Below, one piece after another: positions 1 through 15,353 of a stretch of DNA of 64,000 bases; position 1 is the first letter of the stretch, and every line of letters starts with the position of its first letter. Where the stretch lies: the NCBI RefSeq assembly GCF_000150275.1, contig NW_002060945.1, positions 1,116,630-1,180,629 of the forward strand. Direction: 5' to 3'. Made by a program: the position numbers and the translations under genes. Source of the stretch: Trichoplax adhaerens. Taxonomy: Eukaryota; Animalia; Placozoa. The notes under the pieces were generated by a model. It saw nothing but the letters and a program-made list of their open reading frames with translations. It was not told the DNA's origin and did not search any database.

Positions 1-2267
1 TTGTCAGACTCTTCCTTCTACAGAAAAGATAGATAATTGTTGCAATTTTCCTTTCTTTCCTATCCAATAATTATAATAACACACGTTTTCAGTCAGCGTT
101 AGAACTTAACCACACCTGCCTTAACCCAGTATGACTAGATAGAAGAGTATAATAGCTATTGAAAGTAGAATTCTCATTTGCATTATTTTTACATCAATAT
201 AAGAAATAGTGCAGACAATGTTATTGATGTTATTATCCTATACAGCTATTGATAAGGTGTTAGAGCATTTGAATAGGAAGCAACGTGGTTATAATCCATA
301 GGAAAATAAAATCGTAGGAAACGAGTGGTTGATTATTTTTGCAATGGTGCAACATTAAAAATGATTCAAGTCCTTTTATCAAAGCTCTTTATGCCTTGCG
401 TATAGTAGACAGTTTTATTTTTCTGCCTGTTTATCCATCACTTTTGCGGGTATTGAATTCTTAATCATTTCTATTTTTGTAGACAAGCTATGAAATCAGG
501 TAAAGGCCTAAAATGAACCTTTGAGATGGAAATTTTCTACTGCAGACATGTTTACGAACTTGACTTATTGTTTTAGCGTTTACTATATTCCTTTTCCTTT
601 TTTAAGAGACACAATAGGATAAAAGTCATTATCGTAATCTATCTGTTAACGATCATCTTTTTCTCTCACTAGCTTATCATGAGCTGTATCATTAATCTGG
701 AAATCGATCATTTGGCAATATTCTAATTCCAAGTTTCACTAGCGGCCTTATCGCGATTAAAATCTGTACACGATAATTTCGCTTTACATTTTTATCAGCT
801 GTGTTGTCTTGTGCGCTATTTCTAGCTAGCCAACCATTCTAAGCTTGCAATGTATCCATTGGGCACCTTTAAAGTATACCGTTATTATTTATAAACTATC
901 CTGTAGTGGTGTAATAACACCTATATTTATTATAATGTAGAAAAGGATTAATTCAGTCGCTTTCCATGTTTTGTTACAGCTGAAGGAATGCAATTGTTTT
1001 CTCGCTATTGAAGACATCGTTTTAGGTTATTTATGCGATGTTTACATTATTAATCGATCCATCTTCAGCATAGCTACATTACAACGTTGGACTAGTTGGA
1101 AATGGTTTCGTTTTATATTAATGTTAAGATTCTTGATAGGTCGATGTACAGTAGATAGAGGAATGGAGGGGGAACAAGAAAGATTGACGATTTATTAAAA
1201 CTCTTCTTTTTTCGTGTACTTAATAGAATGTTTCTTGTTATGCGCTATAGTCTAGACTATATATCTTAGGCTGTTATTGTTATTGCCATCATTACCGTAA
1301 CTCTTATGATATTCTAATCCATTGTGTCTAATTCAATTTTATATCATATCTACTCTAGGAGTTGCGGTCATGATCACTAGTTTGATCATAGACGATTTAG
1401 ACGATGTTGTTAAAGACTATTAACGATTACAAAAGAGTTAAAAGGAGGCAATTGTCTATGATATTGATTTTTTTTTAACTCCTTTTAACCGTTGTATGGT
1501 CATATAATCAATCATTTTCAATCTTAAACTGAGTGATAATTAACTATAACGATACCTCTACTTGAAGCTATTTGCTCTATGGATCAATCATGGATTAAAA
1601 GTAATACAAGAAGTTTCTTTCGCCATGATTATTCCTCAACGATTAAATAAGGGGACTGAAAAAAGGGGAACATGATTTCAATTGATTGCTATTAAATTAT
1701 TGATCATGTCTGATAAGTACAATTATCATCTTTGAATTGGATAACGGTCGTGAATAGAATGATCGATGAATCCGTTTAGTGTATTTAATTTAGGGTAATT
1801 TTGGAGTTGACAGCCTGAAGGGGTAATGAATATCTGCTAATTAGTACTTTAGGGTGGCATTAATTCAATCTTGTCAACAACAGCTATATAACAGTGAATA
1901 TTAATTAAATGTCGATTAATTAATCAAGTTCATACAACCAAGGGAACAATGACTTCGGAATAGAGGAGTAATTAGTAATTACCCACCACAAATTCAAATC
2001 AAATACATTACAAGTTCATTGTCAATAAAGAATTGTGACCAGCGGCTGCATCATGCGACTATGTTAGTTCGACAACAATATAAGTTATACTGTACTCGCA
2101 CGATGTCGTGCTGTTTTTCTTATTGCGATATCCATAACAAATTCTAATTATCATGACAACAGTAAGAGTTAAGCTTGAAGAATAATACTAAGAAAAAGTT
2201 GTATAAATAGTTGGAAGATAGTAGCAAATCGTCAGTCTCTCCATCTCCAATTTATGCTTGCCGAATT

Positions 2268-5200
2268 ATGGTCATGTCAACAATGTCGATGGCTCATTTC
2301 CTCCTCATTTTAGCATCCCTTTCTTGGGTTTCGTCACAGCGTAAGCTCTTTTTCTTAGCAATATCACCTTATTCCCAACCCACGAATCATTCATCTTGAC
2401 TATTCTACCAGTCAATGACATTTTTTAATCCTTTTTAGATAAATGCAACATTTACTAATCTATTAATGCTATACCTACGTTAACTGTTTAGGCTATAGTG
2501 ATACGATGAAAGCCATAGTATGAGATAGAGATGGAATAGTAGGGATTTAAACTTGCTATCAATTATGATTTAATGCATGGAATGGGGTCAAGACTAGTAT
2601 ACGCCTGGAATGGCATATAATTCTATTTTTTTCATTGCAAGAAATAACTTTCCAAAGCTACATCCCTTTTCAAGCATTGAATTTAATAGGAGATCGGCCG
2701 AATAGTTATTTTTGTTAATTCTATTCCTATAGCAGGATATTATAACTAAATATATTTAAGATACATTTCTAAGTGAAATGATGATAAAAGTTCTATACAC
2801 AGTAAGGTATTCTAATTTGTTTTTCTCTTAAAATGAGTCAATTACATTCCTACCGGTCAAGGTTTTCTAGTCAACATTTGCCAGCGTTTACTTTTTAATG
2901 GGCATGGAAAGGCTTTCATGAAGTACACGCAGTAATTATTCTCCCTTCTTCTTCTCTATTATCGCACTTAGTACCGCAGCATTTTCTTTAAAGCTTTTAA
3001 TCATGAATTGTTGACAGAAATACTCTTCTGCACTATGATAGAAATTCCTTTTTTCTTTCTTTCTTTCCTAATGTTCGCTATCATGTATCAAGTTTGCTTT
3101 CGTATAGCACATAAAATAATTTTCATTATGTAGGTGATAGCACCAGCGATAGACTAACGAAAGTTGTATTTCTCTATGCCTACCATAACTAGTTACCTCG
3201 CCACAGATTAATAGCCAGTGGTACAAAGATGGCGAGAATGTCCTGAAGCAAAAACTCAATGCCAAAAATATTGAAAAAACTGGCAAGAATGCCATTTTAT
3301 TCATTGGAGATGGAATGAGTATTCCAACTGAGGTATGTGCGCGTATATTTCAAGGCCAAAAGAGAGGCCAGACAGGCGAAGAAAACAATTTAAGTTGGCA
3401 ACTCTTTCCTAATGTTGGTTTATCTAAAACTTATAGCGTGGATTTTCAGGTAATTTTTTTAAATTGTATTAGCCCAAATAGAATTGAGTAAACAAGTTAA
3501 AAGGGAAGTTGTATTTCTACCAATAATTCTATCAATAACTTTGCTACTAGCATTGATATTTGGTACTTATTGAATACTATAGCATTGAGTAGAAAAAGTA
3601 ACGAATTTAAAACTCGATCATAGAACGGGAATAAATAATGTCTATCTAAATAGTAGCAGTTTTTCTACCAACACAAGGGGTGGTAGAGAAATCAGTTATG
3701 GAGTTAATATTTCAAGTAGCTGGTGATTTCCCATTAGGCTAGCTGTGATTTCAAGGGGAATATAAATGATGACGATTATTAAGATGACATTGGTAATGGC
3801 TTAATAGCGGAAAGTAATCGTTTCTATTGCATAACAATCGAATGCATTGATGTTAGATTTGATTAGATTACGATTCTTTCTTGACCTCTATTGAGAAATA
3901 GAATTTATATTAGAATCTGGGTCGAAGAAAGAAGGGTAGAGTCTATTGGTAATCGTATTTAAAAACAATTAACAATCCTAGTGATGCTCAAGATAATCCT
4001 GTTATGCAGCTACAACTATCGTTAAGTTAGTTAATTGACAGTCGATAACAGTTTTGCGAATCAAATCGGCCATTAGCGAACATTGTTATAATCGTTTACC
4101 ACCTGTATTTGTTCAATAAAGCATAATTTGAATTCCATACTACCCTAATCAGCTGATTAGAATTTTACTCTTTCACGCCCAAATTGACATATATCTTCTT
4201 TCATATCCCTTATCGTACACCATCTTTGAGCAAGACTAAGATAGATCTATCATTCCCTACGCCATGTCATTTTACTACACCTTTAGATCGGATTTTTCAT
4301 CCATACGTTATATAAAAATGACAACAGCAATTGCTGATATGAGGGCTTACTCGCAATCATAGTTACTCCTTCCATGAATAATTGGATGAAGGAGAGACCT
4401 TTGCTTTGTTAGTCTGCCTAACCTTTCTTGTAAACATGTGTGTACTACATTATCATCAGACGATAGGTTAAAGCGGAGGATCATATCTTAACTATTGATT
4501 GTTTTTTGGAACAATTCATGTATTATTCTTATTCTAATGAATCACTAACATAGAATGCCTTAACTATGGGAGTAATGTCCTAATTTACACAATTTACACA
4601 AGCTTGCACGCGTTACGATTACGTCAAGGTTAGGGTTAGAGTTAGATAATTAATTAAGAAAAAAAATGGCAATCGTTTCTCATTTCATTGACTTGAAGTC
4701 GAGGTGGTGGATCAGTTAAAAATGCAGTTGGATAAATTCAATTTCAGGTGATATCTTCTAGACAGTGCTAGCATGAGTAACATTTCTTCTCGAATAAAGT
4801 ATCTTGTTTAGTGATGAGCTATTTATTGAGATTACAGTAATCGATTTACTTATTTAGCACAATAAAGTTTTACATTTGTTACGAGGACTTTTTTGACGGT
4901 GTGGCCATTATTTACAATAGCTACCACTCCGACTTTGGCGATGTGATAGATTGGGCAGAGAGTAGTAGAAGAGAAAATGATCGGCTAAGATATTCGCTAC
5001 GTGTAGTTCTTTATTATAGCTTAAATCAAGAAAGTGTATGCGAGAATGTGCTTCCATCTACTATTTTATATAACATCTACTACATTACTTACCAAAGCAT
5101 GATAACATGAAATGTGCTAACGTCATGATGTCTAAGGTTTACACGTATACTTTTTACTGAGATAACATGGTATAGGCAGATGATATCTGTCTAATACTAG

Positions 5201-8200
5201 GATAGGTGAAGTAGCCGGATTATGGGCACAATAAGTGAATTAAAATTTAGCTAGTAGGTGCTAATACGGTTGATAGATAAAAAAGGAGTAATGAAGTTGT
5301 TGAACACTTGAATAGTTGTTGTTCCCATCATTATTCTCAAGAATATGGCTACATACCTTGGATTTAATTTGTGAAAATATAAAAGGCGTAGTCGTATAAT
5401 TAATGACTTTGCTCTTATTGGAAAGAATTTATAACTGGATGCTAGCAGTAGCGATCATTGTGCTCATTCCTTGATACTTTTGATGCATTTTGAATGAGCG
5501 ATATTAAAAATTTTTTACTAGCCGTTATTTTAATAGCAGACGTTAACACAATAGGAATATTAGAAGAAAATAACGTTTAAAATGAGTAATTTTGGGTATC
5601 GGTAGTTTTCTTTTGATCGCTTTAAATAGTTGCTCAAAATTTTAATTATAATAATTATTCTACAGAAAAGTATTTTATGCCAGGTGTTGCTGTAACGATA
5701 GTCGTTGTTCTTCTTACAGACGCTATCTAATTAATAAATTATAACTTTTAGTAAATCAACGTCTAATTTATTAATAGTCAAATTCAGTGCCGGTATGCAA
5801 CTCTATTCTTACGCTTTTATGAGACAATATCTCTGGTTATCATCTCGTAGACTGTGATAAATTCTTTGTAAAAAGTTACTCTTCACATTTCTCTTCATGA
5901 TAGCCATTGCTGGAGGATATATAAAGAGTATGAACAGTTACAGGTGTATTATTGCGATATTTTGGAGAATTCTACTTTTGATTTCTTCAATAGCTAGTAT
6001 GAGATCCTTCTTAGATTAAAGTCTTGATAGCAAATCCGTTTTATGTATTATGGCTCCAAATTTTGAAATTAGATGAAATTGTCATTTCATACTTTTCCCA
6101 GAGGATTGAAATATCCTTGAATAGATAGCGTAAACTCGATCCTAATTACTTCTATTCAAATTTGCTTAAGGCTGGTGCAAGCTACCTTTTTATATCCCAG
6201 ATATATATTGGGCTAATTAGTCTATACTCCTATATATCGAGATATATTGTGATAGAAAATAGTTATTCTTGTACTTTGTGTGTCGATGTAACTTGAAATC
6301 ATGCTATACGAAGTGAAAAGTTGCGTAAACGTAACTCCATAAATTGCACTATTTTTTACGCAAATTTGCGTAAGCGATTGCTGTAGGCTGGTATTTTATA
6401 ATACTACACAGATTTTTGAATAATTTCTGCATGTAAACAGTAAATTCTAACCTAATTACTCTATTTCAAATGTTTTATACAACAAAAGAGGCGTTTATAT
6501 CTTATTACATACTTTAAATGCGGCAGCATCACATAACAATTTCGTGTGTTGTGTGCACAGATCGCATGTAAGGAATCCTTATAATTAGAGCTCTTCTGTA
6601 AAATAAGGCATTTCAATTACTAAAAAATGACTTGTTGAACGATATTATGATCCTAATTAGTATAATATTGAATTATATCTATAACGAATACGTTATATTA
6701 CGGCTTTGACGGCTTAAATCACTTTGAATGATTTACTAATTAAAGGAAATATTGCTGTATCGGAGACAGTATTTGCCATTTGCCCTATCATTTTTGAAAA
6801 TAATTCTGATTTGGATCGCTAATTTCTACAGTCTATCGAACTTACTACTCCAGAATGGGTTCTGTCTGAAGTTTCAGTATATATGGCATGACTTGTAACT
6901 GTACTAAATTGTTTTCTTGCATCATAATGCTTTAATTTTTGTAATTTTTAATAGGTACCTGACTCAGCTGCTACTGCTACAGCGTTTTTAAGTGGTGTTA
7001 AAACAAATGATGGTGTTCTTGGCTTAAATCAGAATGGTATTAAAGGCCAATGCGCATCGGAAAAAAATAATCATGTCAATTCGTTAGTTGCTATAGCTGA
7101 AGAGCTCGGTATGTCGACTGGAATTATTACCACTGCTCGAGTAACTCATGCAACACCTGGTGCTGCTTATTCACATTGCGCTAGTCGTAATTGGGAAGCC
7201 AACGTAAGTTTATGGTATATCTCCAATTATCGCTAACCACTGTTTACCATACTGTAGGTCGGATTAATGAAAAGACTTTACAGCTCATGGTGTTCTTTTT
7301 CTCTTGATACTTACACTTGTATACTTATATACAGTAGGAATATTTAATCTTGATATAAAAATGAATAAAATACCGATCTGCATATAAGGATATTTAACGT
7401 ACACACATTGCGATTTTCTTATATTTAACATGTTGTCATTATAATTTTTTTCAAACTTTTTCTAGATTCCTTCAAGTCAAGCTGGTCTGGGCTGTAAGGA
7501 TATTGCGACGCAATTACTTGATGCGTATAATATTGGCGATGGTTTTGAAGTGGTTATGGGTGGTGGAAGGTGTAATTTCCACTCTATTAACACTACCGAT
7601 CCTGAATATACTACATTCAAAGGGTGTCGATTCGATGGAAAAGATTTAATACAAGAATGGAAGAATAAGAAATTATCCAATTCGGCTTATGTTTGGAACT
7701 TGACCGCATTCAACGCTATTGACCCTAACAAAACCGATCATCTTTTAGGCTTATTCGATCCTAGCCACATGAAATATGATGCTGATCGACTTACCGATAA
7801 AGCTGGTGAGCCATCCATTGCTCAAATGACTGAAAAAGCTATCCAAATTTTGCAAAGAAATCCCAAAGGATACTTTCTTTTTGTCGAAGGTGGTCGTATT
7901 GATCATTCACACCATTCCGGAGTAGCTTATGGCGCTATTACTGATACAATTGCTATGGCTGATGCTGTTCAAAAAGCTGTCGCCATGACTAATCCACAAG
8001 AGACATTAATTGTAGTTACAGCTGACCATGGGCATACCTTAAGTATGAGCGGCTATCCGAAAAGGGGCAATCCTATTTTAGGTCTTGTTGATGGAGCGCC
8101 ATCACTTGACGGCAAGCCATATACAACGATAAACTATGCTAATGGCCCTGGGGCTATAAAAGATGGCGAACTACGCCCTAATCTGACTGGAGTTGATGTT

Positions 8201-8485
8201 CAAGCTCGATTACATGAGCAACAGGCAATCTTCCCTATAATTTATGAAACTCATGATGGTGCTGATGTTGGTATTTATTCACAAGGGCCATTCGCTCATT
8301 TATTAACTGGTGTAGTCGAACAAAGTTACATATTTCACGCTATGAAGCATGCTCTATGCTTGGGTCCAAACTCCAATGTTCCTAATTGCCAACGATTTGT
8401 GACGCGTGGTAGTGCTGTTTCTTCTGTTGCTAGTAATATGTTATTGCTAGTTATCATGCTTTGCTTGGTGAAGTTCCTGCAGTAA
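2268..8485 (+). CDS. Alkaline phosphatase (ALPL-like), signal peptide plus C-terminal GPI-anchor signal; 4 exons: 2268-2340, 3193-3449, 6955-7203, 7466-8485 (about 532 aa)
   Basis: Exons join in frame at GT-AG sites. Exon 1 is a hydrophobic signal peptide (MAHFLLILASLSWVSSQ). Motifs: KNAILFIGDGM, active-site VPDSAATATAF, VTHATP, FVEGGRIDHSHH, VTADHGH, ETHDGADV. Hydrophobic tail SAVSSVASNMLLLVIMLCLVKFLQ. Confidence 0.95.
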
Positions 8486-10077
8486 TCAAGCTGAATTTCC
8501 TCCTAATTTACACGTACAATATGCCAACACCATTGAAATTTCAAGTTTAATAATTATTCATAACCCTGTTATCTTCAGTCTTTTCTCATCTATTTCTGAG
8601 AGTAACATGTTAATAAATTTTAAATACTTTTACGATTAATCGATTTTTTATTAATGGCAATAATCATGCATGACCCGGTCTCCTCAATTTTTCCCATTTA
8701 TTTCAGACTATAGTGTGCTATTGAACTAGTTCATTGTTGATCTAATTTATGTCATGTTAAAGCTATTTAATAATCAATTACATAAACACTACTTAATGCA
8801 ATATTTTCTTGACGTCAGCTGAAAAACTTGTACCTGTTAAGGCATGCTTCTAATAATTTAAACGTAGTAACCATAGTCTCTTCAAAGGCATTGTAACCCG
8901 GGTGCTACATTGTTATAATTAGTAGCGAAATATCATATGCACGATTATTTCGCCATGTAGTAACGTTATGTAAATGTTTAATTGTATAATTGTGTTATGG
9001 CTCTACCGTACGCACTAGTGTATTACTGATAACACGGATACGTAATGGAATGTACCGGAGATACCAGGAAAACATACTATATACAAGACGTCGAGATTAG
9101 AAATAAAGCGCAGATTATACACGTGCATTCAAACGAAGTCTAAACGTGTTAACAGTATTATATAGGTATTTTAGTTATAATTATGGTTACGATTTGAGAT
9201 AATAAATGATTGAATGTTTGAATTGAAGGGGTTTAATTTGCGGGAACATCCTCAGGATTTTCTATAGTGCTTCGAGATTAAACCTATACAGTACTACCGG
9301 TTAGTTAAGGTACCTGTATAATTTCGATCATGATCCTTGTTATCGATAACTATTCTACAGGCATGTTCTACTTTGATAGATTTATTGTTTATAGACGCTT
9401 GGGAACCAGCTATTAAAGTTACAAGGCTACGGTGTTTGGCACTATGTACAGTACTTCCAAAATTAAATTTAACTTTCAACATTAACGGCATATGAGGTAC
9501 TTAAACTGAAGTAGTTAAACAAATAAATCTCGAATCAAAAACCTACAGTAGTGCCCAAATACGAGGATTAAAAATTGCATTTATACCTTAGAGATAATTC
9601 AAACGTTCATGGAAATCAATTGTTGTAAAAATTTAATTTTCAAAATTACGAAGGTGAAAAATTGATCTACATATTATGTTTTCATGATATAATCTCCGCC
9701 ACCATTTTAAAAAAGTAGCTAACCACAGAATTACATCATAAACATATATTCAAAGATTTATATGCATATTCCAATGGTAAATCAAATCAAGCTACGTAAG
9801 TAACAAAATATCACAGTATTAGATTAAATTCCTACAATGGCATCGTAACTTTTGCCGTTAATATGTGTTATTCCAAGAGCAATATTCACGAAATGCATCG
9901 CTTCTGTTACTCGCATTGACAACAATTTAGAAGATGTATAGACCTCAAGTTTGACTATAACGTAAATATGCTATAAAAAGTATGATATTAACCTAAATCA
10001 GGATTATTGGGTGACTTTGTCTTTGTGTTGTCTAAACGAATTTTTCAAATGAAATATTACAAGTTTAAGTATTCAAA

Positions 10078-13000
10078 TTATGACATAACACCAAAAACTG
10101 GATTGTGTCTGCAGATACTGGGCCCATTCTCCATATAATCAGCTTTAGTATGACAAACGCTGTAAAATTCAGGCTATTGTTGATATAAATAATACATGCA
10201 ATTATTGTACGATTGATAATAATTCTACCGTATTGACAAGAATCAAAGTTTACCGTAGCGGCTAAGAGACTACCACCAAACCAAACGGCATAACGTTGCA
10301 TAGAATGTGATACTACTTGAACATCAATTGATGTAGGCTAAATCCGAGGAAGGAAAGAAATAAAGGTAAAAGAAATGTTTCAGCATTAGCGTTGTTGAGT
10401 GTTTTTTACTCGTAAACTAAGTTAAAGAGTAACAACTATACTATGTATGATTCTGCGTATGTACATTGGCAGTATATGCTTATATGTCCTCTTGTGAACC
10501 GTACACTCAAGTTACCTTTAATTTGCCTCCACTCAACTGTTCACTAATTCTTAAGCGGCTATCTACCGTTCTTTTAACATCGCGCTGTAAACGCTTACCA
10601 AAATCCTTAAACATAGTCGACCCACCAGATAGTACAATATTCTAAAGTGATAAAAGAGCGAGAATTTTAATGAATCTCTACAGATTCATAGAATAATACT
10701 ATATCCATAAGGTAGTGATTATGATATCATACCTTGTATAAAGGTCTACGAACATCAATGGGACAATTTTGAATTACTGTATCTACAACTTCTGATATTG
10801 GCGTTTGAAAATCTTCATTGCAAAACTAAATACAGCGAATAACGGTTATGCAGTAATTGTAGTAAAATGTATGATTGTTATTGAAAGATTGCAATATAAA
10901 CTAACCTCCGGATGAAAATAGATCTCTGGACCAAGAAAGCGCTCGTATCCGACGTCAACGTTAAAAGGCTATATCAAACGGTTCGATTGATTAAAACGTT
11001 AACATAAAAATTAAACATTTATAAACATTATAGATCGATGAGGTTTACTTACTCGTTTACTTATATTGTTGATACCCTCATATTTCTTAATCCACTTTGC
11101 CGGTTCTTTTTCATATTTTGCAAACTCTTTAGCAATGTCTGGACATATATAGCTGTAACGTTCCTATTTTTTTATAATGAGGATGAAACAATTACATACT
11201 ATCAAAAGGCTTCGAAATTAAATACAATCGCCAAACCCGATACTAGCTAAGTAGGTATCTATTTGCAATTTATACCTTGATTTGTTTAGCAGTTTCTAAA
11301 GACTGTTCTGGGGGTATTCCGACTTCTCGTTCTCTTAAGATTTGTTGTATAAAATGTGTAATATCTCTACCAGCAATCGGTATATGCTTGATGCAACTTC
11401 CAATAACATATCCGTCCGCCTGATATTAAAATAAGTAAAAGCTGTTTACGCGAACAAAAATTTAGTTGACAATGGCTTTTGAGGATAGCAAGATCCCTTA
11501 CCACAGGTATGACATGTGTTACACCATCTCCAGAATCTATTACTGTGCCAGTCAGAGTTCTTTGTGATACCTCTCGTGACGTCCATGATGCTGCTAGAGC
11601 AAGTACAGCCTTATTCAAATAATAATGCAATATTGAATTATTAAAACCTTTTCAACAATCACTGCCATTATACAGAATAGTTAAATCGTTTAACATCGTT
11701 ATTAGTGTTCAGAAAACAAAACTTTCATCAATTGTATCAGACGGCAATTCCTATCATGTTATGTTTTAGTTCATCATGTTCTTATTATCTTATGTAGTTG
11801 AATAGTAAGAGCTGAAATGTTGCTTTTTCGTACCTGAACAGCAATGTATAAGCCGGGGACATTGAATGATTCGAACATGATTTCTAATTTTAAGATTTTT
11901 AAATAAAATCACTTATTTTAAATTCCAATATTTTTTAATCAAATTACATTAAATTAATGATATTGTAGGTTGATAGTATCGATGAATATACATATACAGT
12001 AAGTTAAATAGTCAGCGGTCAATATGCCGGGAATAGTCAGTTGGCTATACAGTACCTGCAGTATATTCTCTATTTTCTGGTGTATTGAGAGGAGGTTCCG
12101 TCTGGAAGTGAGAATTTGAAAGTAATAATTTTATCAGCATTGATAGGTAGTAGAGTGTAACAATTATATTGATTAGTACCAATAAAAAGTAATGATCTTC
12201 CGGCTCCGCTCGTAAATATTTGAAAATGCACTGCTCCCAAAATCGTTCCTGTAATTTAAAAAGTCAGAATTAACTTTTATTGGTCGAAGACTAATGGAGA
12301 AATGCAAACCGATTATAGCTTTAGGAAGTCATTATTTTTGTATCTCTTCTTTAGGCATAAAAAGCTTACCATTAGATTCCAATCTTCTACGACACCGTGG
12401 CGAATAGGATACTATTTGATTGAAGTTAAGGCGATAGTTATATATAAATATTCAACCTTAGGGAATTTAATACTTGGATATATTGAAAATATTACCTTAG
12501 CGGCGTATGCAGGTTGTTCGAAACAGTCATCTCCAATATAGAAATCTGCAAGGTGAACATGGAATACATTAGAAAGAGTTGATAGTACCAGTAACCTTGT
12601 CCATACTACAAATCATGCATGTTTTAGCATTTTATCATACTGTAGAACTATAGCAATCCTATGCTTTCGTATGAGATTTATACCGAGATCATCGATTCCT
12701 CTAGCAATATTAGATCGAACGCCAGCAGATTCTTTAACTGCAATACCTAAAACGATAGAAAATTTAGTTTCAAGTTACCGATACTTTACTGTTTAGTCCA
12801 AACTTGCAAACTAATACACCATAAATGTTAAGAGCTAGAAGGGCGATCTATATTCGCCGTTAAACACTAGATCCTAATGATTACTACCAAAAATAATATT
12901 TTTAGTAATCCCTCAAATCTGCCGTTGACTTTAAATATTTGTCAAACTTTCTAAAGTCATCAGTAATAAATTTCTAAGTATGCTTAATGGAGGAACAATA

Positions 13001-13704
13001 TAAACGATAGCAATAATCGAAGTTTCAAATTTTTTAATTTCGGTAGCGTTTAAAGCATAAATTATCGAAACATAAATTAAAGTACGTTGAGCTCCATTTT
13101 TATTTTTTTGTATAACTTACAACTAGGAAAGATATATTGTGGTTCAGGATTGCCAGCGTAACCTAGCTTAGTATACCTAGAATTTGATACACAGATAGAA
13201 CGAGTCAATGTTGTCAGTACGGTTTGCAGTATTTACTGAAGTAATACATAAGTCATTTCAATCGTCAGAGTACAATGATCAACATGAAGCAACAGTATTA
13301 TGACTGACATTCATTAAGTTTGCAGTTGATTTATGGCAAACTATTTTAGTCTGGATAGCCTAATCTTTTACAGTGAAGGCTATTTATGGTAGGTTTTTGA
13401 GGGATTAAGAAGTTGCGTAAATTTTTACCGCTTTGAAACAAAGACTGTCGGATTCACCCTACACAGTCATCACTACATGTTTAAGCAGGAAATTGTACTA
13501 ACAGCCGGTACATTACATTTATTACTACCGATAAGGAGCATTTGGTTGCAAGTTAATCATCTATTCAATAATGGAGTAAATTGATGATAAAGTACGAATT
13601 CTAATTCCGAAAAGTTTCACGTATAATTATAATTGATAGTACCAACTACTCTGTTCTTACCCTGTGCCGTTATCAATTACTGCTGCAGGTAACCGCGTAG
13701 CCAT
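10078..13704 (-). CDS. ACTR3: Actin-related protein 3 (Arp2/3 complex subunit), about 16 coding exons
   Basis: Spliced translation begins [33 protein letters not shown]. It includes [57 protein letters not shown] and [13 protein letters not shown], and ends [11 protein letters not shown], all Arp3 signatures. Confidence 0.97.
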
Positions 13705-15353
13705 TTCTTCTGGTAACTAGAAATATAAAGCGTCAAGAATTAAAATTATAAGCATTAGTTTTATAATAATAAGAAAGCTACACTGGTGGTAAGTTTAAGC
13801 GAAATGAGATTAGGGCGTTCATCCACAAAGGCAAAGCAATTAAGTTTTAGCGCTGTACACAAGGTAGATACTGTAGATATACTACGAATCAATCTTGGTG
13901 TAGGGGTTGATATTCATTATGATGACTGTAACTAAAACAGGATTTGTACTCTTTTAAGATGGTAGAAACAAGATTTTTAAATGGTGACGACTAGTGATTA
14001 CGAGTTCGAATGGAAATAAAACGACAATTTTAAACTTATGCAAATTATTGCCTTTCGATTAGTGTGTAATTTACTCGTTTGATGTACAATGGAATAAACT
14101 GTATGCTGATTACCAAGTATACAGCGTAAAATAGCAGTGTAATTGAAAATGATCAGTTGTAAAAGTTTGACTTTGTAATTTCTAGCTTAAAAAGGATCCA
14201 ATTTGTGGTTTGTACAATAGAAAAATATCATTTCAAATGATGGCGAGTGGGGTGAAGACTCCATGTTGGGTGGTGTAAAGTACTTCACTTACTTCTATAC
14301 TGGATGAATAAATTACCTTATTTCACGTCACACGCTTACGTGGTTATGAATTAATAATTAATCAATTCTTATCGCAAAATGAGAAAGCGTAGCTGACGTT
14401 TTTGGTTAAAATGCAGCGCTTAAATTCATTCTCAGTTGCTATCGTTCATTAGCTTGATGCTATTACTACTCATAACTGAGTCGTTTCTTACAGGGATATA
14501 GTACTATATATAGTATATGATTTGGCTCATTTTTTATAGCCAAAGTAACGAGATTGGCACACCCATTTGGTACGATACGACATCTTTTATACAACGTTGA
14601 CTTTTTTAATTCTATTGCAGTATAATATGGGCAATTTATCGGATTAGTTCGTTGGTAAAGACATTATGTTACAAGTTGGATAGTACAATGAGAATAAGTT
14701 TGATTAAAGGCGCAGTCGATATGTTATACCTGTAAGACGCAATGATTAAGAACAGTTTGTAAAGATAATGACTTTTGTTTGAGTTGGCTTGTGAAAGTTA
14801 CTACTGTGAAATGTATCGTTGAGTCTGTAAAATTAGTCGTTCAAGATTGATGTGTAGGAGAAGCTACAACATCGTATGGCTATGGACTGTATTGGAAGCA
14901 TTTTACTGTATAGAATCAAGGTAGAGATCGTTTCCATTGGAAGATCTCCTTTTGACTGAGTCATTTTGACGAGGTGTACTCTGTAGCACCGTAGCGAGGC
15001 CTTTATCCTATAGCAGCCGACTTGAATTAGCGGCGATAACTGCCAAAATGAGAAAAAATTTTGGCTTCTTCCTCAACTGTATAAATTGCATCGATACAAG
15101 GAAAGCATTTCATTTCGACAAGAGTATTACTAGTACGGTGTAAAGTAATCGATAGGCTAGGTAAGAATTTTTTCCTTCAATGAAGAAAAATTCATTCTTG
15201 TCTAACTGACACGTCTAGCCACAGTGTGGCAAGTAGCTTTCGATGCCTGGTTGAAAGCTACTAGTTTTAAGGGGCAAATTTTCAACATTAATATTGGGTA
15301 ACAGCGTTATACTAAAGAATGAAATGTATTTTAATTCAATTTAAGAATTATAC

